A stretch of 64,000 nt of DNA from Octopus vulgaris (taxonomy: Eukaryota), in contig OX597820.1 of the NCBI GenBank assembly GCA_951406725.2, positions 28,582,001-28,646,000 of the forward strand. The letters are read 5' to 3'. A program made the position numbers and the translations under genes. The notes beneath the pieces were generated by a model, which worked only from the letters and a program-made list of their open reading frames with translations, did no database searches and had not been told where the DNA came from. Shown here piece after piece: positions 56,252-64,000 of this stretch. Within the stretch, counting starts at the first letter, position 1. Each line of letters opens with the position of its first letter.

Positions 56252-57105
56252 TAGCGTGTCCCAAAAGTCATTGAAGGATTTCAATTTTTAATAACTTCCT
56301 TAACTTTACAAATAAATATAAGAAAGTTTGATACTATATACAAAATATAATGGAGAATAATATGCACAAGTCACATTTTGGAACACTCCTTACAACACAT
56401 ATCCCTTAAATGACATCCCTTAAATGGCAGCCATTTTCGGCTTCGCACGCCCGTGTTCTTTCCAAAACATGCACCATAACACCTTCAAGAGTTTCAGACC
56501 CAACTTCTCTGATTTCTCTATTTATATTCACCTTCCAGTGTCCAGGGTCTCCAGTTTGTTGACATAAACCCTCTCTTTCAGGTATCCATGATTGAGACCT
56601 TTTCGCACCCGGCCATTCAAAGTAGACCACACAGATGGGGAAACTTCTCATGCGCAAGAGAAACAATGTGGCAACAGCAATGCTTTGGGAAGAGAAAAAT
56701 CTTCAGCTACGGCAATGTCAAATGGCCTTCACGTTCTCCAGACTTGACTACACCGGATTCTTTCTTGTGGGTATAACTGAAAGGCAAGGTTTACATCAAC
56801 AAACCGGAAACCCTGATGCATCTGAAAGAGAACATCAGTAGCGAAATCACAGAAGTGGGGTCTGAAACTCTTGAGGGTATTATGGTGCACGTTTTGGAAA
56901 GAGCACGAGTGTATGAAGCCGAAAATGGCTGCCATTTAAGCAATGTCATCTTTTGGAATGAGGTGTAGTGGTGTTGCAAAATTTGACTACTGCTTATTAA
57001 TTTTCATAATGTCCTTTATATTGTATGAAAATCTCGTGTATTTATTTCTAAGGTTAAGAAAGTTACTGAAAATTAAAACCCGTCAATGACTTTTGGGGCA
57101 CCCTG
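56252..57105. mobile_element. Tc1/mariner-superfamily fold-back relic made of two inverted transposase 3' ends
   Basis: TIRs (t/c)ag(c/g)gtg(t/c)cccaaaagtcattga with flanking TA; plus-strand WPSRSPDLTTPDSFLW...LKGKVY...EAENGCHL; inverted homolog at 56406-56625. Confidence 0.88.
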
Positions 57106-58754
57106 TATTTAATGAAAAATAAATATTAATCATTAATCATCATTAGAACATTAATACGTTTTAGTTGCTGAATTTGTTGTACGGAATTTAAACGGAATAC
57201 TAATTCCTAAGCTATAAATATTCATAAAAGCTCATTTTGTTGTTGTTGCTTAGTCCCGCCTGGCGCTGTTAAAATAAACATATGATAAAATAAACTTCAA
57301 ACGTGACCTTTCCGTCATTTTAATGAAATATATATGAATTTATATATGAAGTATGATGAGGCTTGATGGAGATTTGACTGCTACTTTTAGTAGGCTGTAC
57401 GAACATGTTGGAGTATCTTTCTTTTAATTTCTAAGCAATATTTTTTTCTTTAGTTTCATTTTATGAAACTTAGAAACCTGCCATGCGTTCTTTTTGTGTG
57501 CGTATAGAGAAATCGACTTTTTAGTCAATGAACTTAGAAATACATAATTGTCAATATTACTTCCAGCTATAGGAGTTCGTGACATTTCAACACATCATGT
57601 CTTCTGTATATTTCAGCACATTCATTTGATGTTTTCAAGAACTTAAAAGCAATAATAGTTTACATCTGACACATGAACTAAACGTGCTAAGTTACAGACT
57701 TCAAACTAAATTGTATCAGACACTGCTAAGATATAAGGCCGTAACGGCGATTATTAAAGAGCTCAGCATATTTTCTCATCTAAGCCAATGTTTCATACTT
57801 TTTTCTTACATACAAAGGAAGGAAGAGTAATAAGACAACTAATAAAAGTGTATTAGCATCAATGAACGTGCTCTATTCGTATTATGCCACTAGATAAAAC
57901 AAATTGAGTGTCAAGGTTTAATTCCTAACGCACCAAACAGAAGAAATGGTTCAGAAGACAAAAAAAAATACGGATATATAATATACGTTTTATAGTTTCA
58001 TAATGGCGCTATGTCCTGGTAAATTATTGTTGATATGATCACAACAATAACTGATCGAACTTTATAAGATTGATAGGAATATATAATGGAACATTAAACT
58101 CGATGATAGGTTTATCTTTCAATATGAAAAAATGCTAAGCGTACAATTTAGGCTGCATTAAATCTTCCATTTCTCATATTCTAACGGAAGGCCTAGGTTT
58201 GATCTCATTAGATTATTTTTAATAGTATTTGTAGTGTTCGTGGTGGTGTCGTGTTTTGTTAGTATATTGTTATTGTTGTTGATGCGGACGTTTATTTTAC
58301 ACTTGCTAAATATTAACATAGGAAATAAACATATAGAAAATGAATATGCGTATTGCCTGAAATTATAGCATACCAACATTAGAAAAAAACTTTGGCTTAT
58401 ATACTTCGATACAGGTTTATCTTCTTTGTGCAATATCGATCTCTGCCGATCGAATGAAATCTCAACTCTATCCCGTCCATGACTAGTAAAATGCATCGCT
58501 TATATGCTTAATTTGAATAAGTATAAAAAGAAGCTGTGGATACACCAACATTACAAACTAATGTTCGCATCCAGGACATTCTCTTTAACTCATTAACATC
58601 GCAAATGCTAAACTATTAGCACAAGCATATTTCCTTAAAACAAGCAGAATAGTCTTCTGTAATAGTGAAGCGCTGTACGAAAGAAAAATTTGTGAAATGT
58701 CGATTTAAACTATTAAGTTCAACAGCACAGCTCTCATCTCCAACAAATAAGCTT

Positions 58755-59168
58755 CTTATTTCTTTATTGCCCGCAAGGGGCTAAACATAGAGAGGACAAA
58801 CAAGGACAGACAAAGGGATTAAGTCGATTACATCGACCCCAGTGCGTAACTGGTACTTACTTAATCGACCCCGAAAGGATGAAAGGCAAAGTCCTCGGCG
58901 GAATTTGAACTTAGAATGTAACGGCAGACGAAATACCTATTTCTTTACTACCCACAAGGGGTTAAACACAGAGAGGACAAACAAGGTTAGACAAACGGAT
59001 TAAGTCGATTACATCGACCCCGATGCAAACTGTTACTTAATTTATCGACTCCCGAAAGGATGAAAGGCAAAGTCAACCTCGGCGGAATTTGGACTCAGAA
59101 CGTAACCGCAGACGAAATATTGCAAAGCATTTCGCCCGGCGTGCTAACGTTTCTGCCAGCTCGCCGCC
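58755..59168 (-). mobile_element. SINE family B with tandemly duplicated core and tail (~180 bp)
   Basis: tatttcttta(t/c)t...caagggg(c/t)taaaca...gtcgattacatcgacccc...gcagacgaaata occurs twice; head gccagctcgccgcc. Confidence 0.9.
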
Positions 59169-59718
59169 CTTCGAGAAATAATCTTCTGCCACAACATTAA
59201 TCCAAATTAAGTCTAATTTCTGTAATTTGCCATACAATAATTAGGCATAATACAGTGATAGGAAATCTACTGTGCTTCAGGTCCGTGAGCATAACCTTCA
59301 AGAAGAAGTCTATATTGTGCATAAAAATACATTACTGTCCATTAAATCAAAGTCAAGGAAACAGGCGTCTTAAATTTCGTATAATACGTTTTTATTTCTT
59401 TTGTCTCTCTAAATACTTTTTATACTGTTTGCTAAACGGTATCACAGGAAACGTCACATTATTCTATTCTTGCCTTTGGCGTATTTTCGTTCTTCGATTT
59501 CGCTTGTCTAACTCTTGTGTATTATTTGTTTCTTTGTCTTCTCTTAGTCTCAAAAACTATCGCGCTTTACTTCTGTGATTTCATCTATGTACATTTCTAG
59601 ATATCTATCAATTTAAATATATCTACATACACACGCATATGCATTATATATCTATATACACACATGTGAGGGTGTGTGTGTGTGTGTGTGTGTAATATAT
59701 GTATATTTATGTATATTC

Positions 59719-59864
<146 letters not shown>

Positions 59865-59987
59865 CATTCAATATATGTATGTCTGTATATATATATATAC
59901 GTATATATGTACCTATGGTTTTATATACATACATACATTTATATAGACATTCAAACACATACATACATACATACATACATACATACA

Positions 59988-60018
<31 letters not shown>

Positions 60019-60664
60019 TCTAATGCTTTTAAAAATCTCAAAATGCCGTCCAAAGGTCAGGTTACAATCATTTTTTCTATTCTATTATTTACAAGTACGT
60101 TTTCACAATGTATTTTCATTTTTCTGTATATTTAATAAAATCTTCGTAAATACGATATCATTAGATTACTCATTATTCAATGAGGTCTTCAACTACAAAA
60201 TTTCCACAGTACTGTGGATGTGAACTCGGGCAGAATTAGAATTCTGAATTAATATAATCTCAATTAAATTTTTCTGGGATATCAATACTACACACTGTAA
60301 TACCTTTCGCTCACCTACCGCTGTTAGAGTGCCGCGGATTATTCTTCCGCTACAATAGGTTGTTTGAAGCGTTTTACTCTATGTGCATTCAGGTCGCTAA
60401 AAGCTAAATGCTTAGGACACAGACCAACTATGAAGAATGTTTCATCGGATAACAGCCATTAGAAACAGCAGCAGAAGCACTGTAAGAATTGGGAGAGAAG
60501 CAAAGGGATTTATGTAGTACACCAGGCCATCTAGAAATAATTCAAGCCTCTCGTTCGAAATTCTTAAGTGCCATAAAAAATGAGAAACGTATTAGATAAT
60601 GAAACAAATATATAATATAAAGAAACAAAAAGTAACTCAAACCGAGAGAGACAGGGGCAGAAAT

Positions 60665-60781
<117 letters not shown>

Positions 60782-62436
60782 ACGTGCTTCTTTGTGTGTG
60801 TGTTTGTATGTAAGTGAATTTTGTGCGTGTTTTCGTCTATTTTTCTGTGTTTTTGTGTTTGTGTTTCGTGTGTGTGTTTGTGTGCATGTTTTTGTGTGCA
60901 TGTGTGTGCTTTAGTGCTTGTGTGTGTGTGTGTGAATAGTTGACTTGTACATGGATAACTGATATTTAACCGCTAAGTAGATAACGTCTAAGACTAATGT
61001 CCAGATTTTCGCCGAACTAACCACTCAACGAGTTGTCTCCGAAGCCGTCACAAAACATCAACACCTCTTTCATGAGACAAGTAAATATAAAATCCTGTTA
61101 CTGACATCAGAATTCACAACCGATTGATAATTCATTATCCCGCCTGAACTTTTTTTTTCCCTTGACCAATTCTCGTCACTGAATTGTTTGTATTATTTTA
61201 AAAAGGGTCAGGCGTACACACCCAACTGTAGTGTGTATATAATCAGTGTTCTTCAAGTTATTTCAGTATGTTATCTTTAGGCGAGTCTGAAGAATCTTAT
61301 TCAGCATACACTATTAGAGTCAACCTGAATAAAACATGGAACGCAATCAGCATTTGCCTGTATTATTATATAATGTTGCAAGATTATTTTCATTTAAGAT
61401 GAAACAATGTTGATCAGTTGCTGTTTTATATTTCATATAATTCATTAATTTAGTTCATTTAAAATTTCTTTTTACTTTTAGTTTTTAATAAGCACTTTAT
61501 TCGGTTAATTTTTTATTTATTTTACTTTTAGCTATATATTTAATAGATATTGATCGTTGCTTGTCTTTTTGCTTGCACATTTTTCGGGGACTTTAATTAT
61601 AATGAACATTGTTCCGCTCGTTTACATTCCACTGGATTTTGGTTTGTTTTTGTTTGGATCTGATTGGAAAGTGTTAAAGGGTGCGAAATAGTAAAACTAT
61701 TGGACTATTGGCATATGTATTCTAGATTTGATATTCTTTGGATTGTTACTATTTGCCATATGAATTATCAGTTGTTCAGTAAATTTTGATCAATGCGTTT
61801 TGATCGTTTGATCTATTGTGCTCTATAGCTTTTGAGATAGCATTGACCGTTTTGAGGGTGTCATTTCCTTTTTACAGATATATTTTAATTTTCTAGCCTT
61901 ATAGCTTTAAAGTAACACGATTTTGTTTATATTTTATGTTTGCATTTATAGCATTATGCTGGTGTATTCCTAATCGACATATTACGCTAATATCTCTCTC
62001 CTGCAACGTGTCTATCGATTATGTGGGAGCATTTACTTTTTTAATGCTGTAGAATGGTACTACCCAGCTTTTGAATGGTACTAGCCATATTTTGAAACCA
62101 TAGTGATATCAAATGAGGATATGACGATAAAAATATGTGTTTAATATGCTTGTTGTCTGAATCTTTTATGTTTTGCGGTACTCTTATTCAGAATTTTCGT
62201 AGGGTTTAATATGTTAAAGGGTTCATAGTTTATGATTACATATATTAGCATTTTATAACTTTTATTATTAATAATTTTCTACGGTAGGATAATATTTAAT
62301 GGATTTTAGTTTGAGATGTTCTCTGGCATATATATATATATATACACATACATACATACATATATATATATGTATGTATGTATGTTTGTATGTATGAATA
62401 TGTACATATATATATATATTTATATATTCATACATG

Positions 62437-62508
<72 letters not shown>

Positions 62509-63109
62509 CAGCAGTTTTCTAACTTGATAACAAAATTTGCTAATTGAGCAAAGTGACTTACGCTTTCATAAAAATAATGAAATCCATATAAAAGTAGAAC
62601 AACACATGTAATTCTGCAACGTGTATAAATAAGAAGGCTTCTATATATCTCGTTTTTCGGTTTCATTGTCAACACAAAAACTGATTACTACACGAAGGTA
62701 ATCTGTCAATGTCATGTTAAACACGAAGAACGTGACATTGTAATTTTAAAAATATAATCTGAGTGAATTTAGGTGAATAGAAAAGATATGCCACCATTCA
62801 TGCATGCAAATATGATAGTCTATATGCACATACACACACACACACACATACACGTGTGTGTGTATGCTTTTGTATGTAGTGCTGTCACGAAAGCAATATG
62901 AGTAATCACTACGCATATTAGCGTGGAATATTTATTATTTATTAAAATATTTCGTTTTTGGATTTGGTTTGCAAGATTCTTTATGTCAGTTCGTGTCTTG
63001 AAGCATATTCTGTTGTGTCGGGGGAGAATCATTTTTTTTTTTGTGCCTTATAATTTAACACACTCACCGGTAAAGTTTCCACTTATTTATTTTTCTTATT
63101 TTTATTTTC

Positions 63110-63146
63110 CTAAAATTTTCGTTGCGTCTTGCAACCTTTTCAATAG
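63110..63146 (-). ncRNA. Minimal hammerhead ribozyme motif with U3:A8 core in a Penelope-like fragment (~63005-63157)
   Basis: Minus strand CTA-TTGAAAA-G-GTTGC(AAGAC)GCAAC-GAA-AATT-T-TAG; short palindrome aatagtcatgactatt at the junction. Confidence 0.55.
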
Positions 63147-63399
63147 TCATGACTATTCTGCCTATCCTTATATGAGTAAAAGTTTTAAACCACAAATGAA
63201 GAATATTCCTTTGTTAATCGTCAATCTGGAGACCATCGCAAATTGTAACTTTAACAAAAGTTCTGTGCTTTGCTCATAAACAGACACATCGCTCGGTCTG
63301 AGATTCGAACCCGTGACCGCTGCTCAAACCACTAGGCCATGTGCCTCCACATATTAACGGTTTAGAAACCATTATTCTGTAATACACTCATATTGATAT

Positions 63400-63598
63400 C
63401 AAATTTTGGTTCAAGGACAGCAATTTCGCTGGGAGTGGGTAAGTCGATTGTATCAACCCCGGTGCTCGATTGGCACTTATTCTATCTTCCCCGAAAGGCT
63501 AAATCGATATCGACAGGATTTGAACTCAGAATATAACGATGGAAGAAATGCTGTTAAGGATGTTGCCCGGTGTTCTAATGATTCTACCAGCTCGCCAC
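63400..63598 (-). mobile_element. Decayed SINE family B
   Basis: taagtcgattgtatcaacccc...ccccgaaagg...ggatttgaactcaga...ccagctcgccacc. Confidence 0.75.
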
Positions 63599-63683
63599 CC
63601 TATGTAATAATAAACTTCCAGGGTGGCCCAAAAGTACGTTTACAGTTATTCAATTATCTCTTACGCATTCATATATTAACAGA

Positions 63684-63964
63684 TTGTTCCTTCTCGAGCC
63701 ACGCCTGGCTACGAGGCCCGGTTTCCCGGCTTCCTTGGCCTACAGGTTCCCCACCTAGACGGGACGCCGGTCCGTCTCAGGTGAGCTGCAGGATGCAGGA
63801 TAAAAGTTTGAGAGGTAGTTGTGGCGAAAGAGTACCTTCTGTCGGAGCCGCGTGGAACTTAAGTGTTTCGCTCATAAACATACACATCACCCGGTCTGAG
63901 ATTCGAACTCGCGATCCCTCGACGGCGAGTCCGCTGATCTAACCACTAGGCCATGTGCCTCCAC
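63684..63964 (-). mobile_element. SINE family C; a partial head copy lies at 63272-63350
   Basis: ttgttccttctcgagccacgcctggct ... aaccactaggccatgtgcctccac. Confidence 0.9.
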
Positions 63965-64000
63965 ATATTAACAGTTTAGAAACCATTATTCTAGGTTAAC

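Noticed and set aside
60392-60487. AG...GTAAGA-bounded candidate exon
   Set aside because: Stops in all three frames and a weak donor context.
63406-63942. 178-aa ORF
   Set aside because: Reads through antisense SINE B, a TIR stub and SINE C; no protein-like features.

Overview
AT-rich eukaryotic non-coding DNA (intergenic or deep intronic) saturated with microsatellites and transposable-element debris. The SINE repertoire and (TA)n/(CA)n/(GATA)n density suggest an octopus or other coleoid cephalopod (inference). I find no host protein-coding exon; almost all listed ORFs are microsatellite translations. Real coding remnants are a young 5'-truncated L1/Tx1-clade retrotransposon (50444-51886, minus) inserted in a (GATA)n tract with a 16-bp TSD, CR1-group LINE 3' ends, Penelope-like (GIY-YIG) C-termini, a probable RTE end and a fold-back Tc1/mariner relic. 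Bases 5782-15976 and 16077-26533 are two diverged copies of one ~10.3 kb segment meeting at a 100-N gap, most likely unmerged haplotypes. The most notable signal is a set of minimal hammerhead-ribozyme motifs in short Penelope-like fragments, mostly in (TA)n tracts. Their cores include compensatory G3:C8 and U3:A8 pairs and a family-wide A6U variant. Two SINE/LINE pairs with shared 3' tails are also visible. All calls were made by eye, without alignment or database searches.
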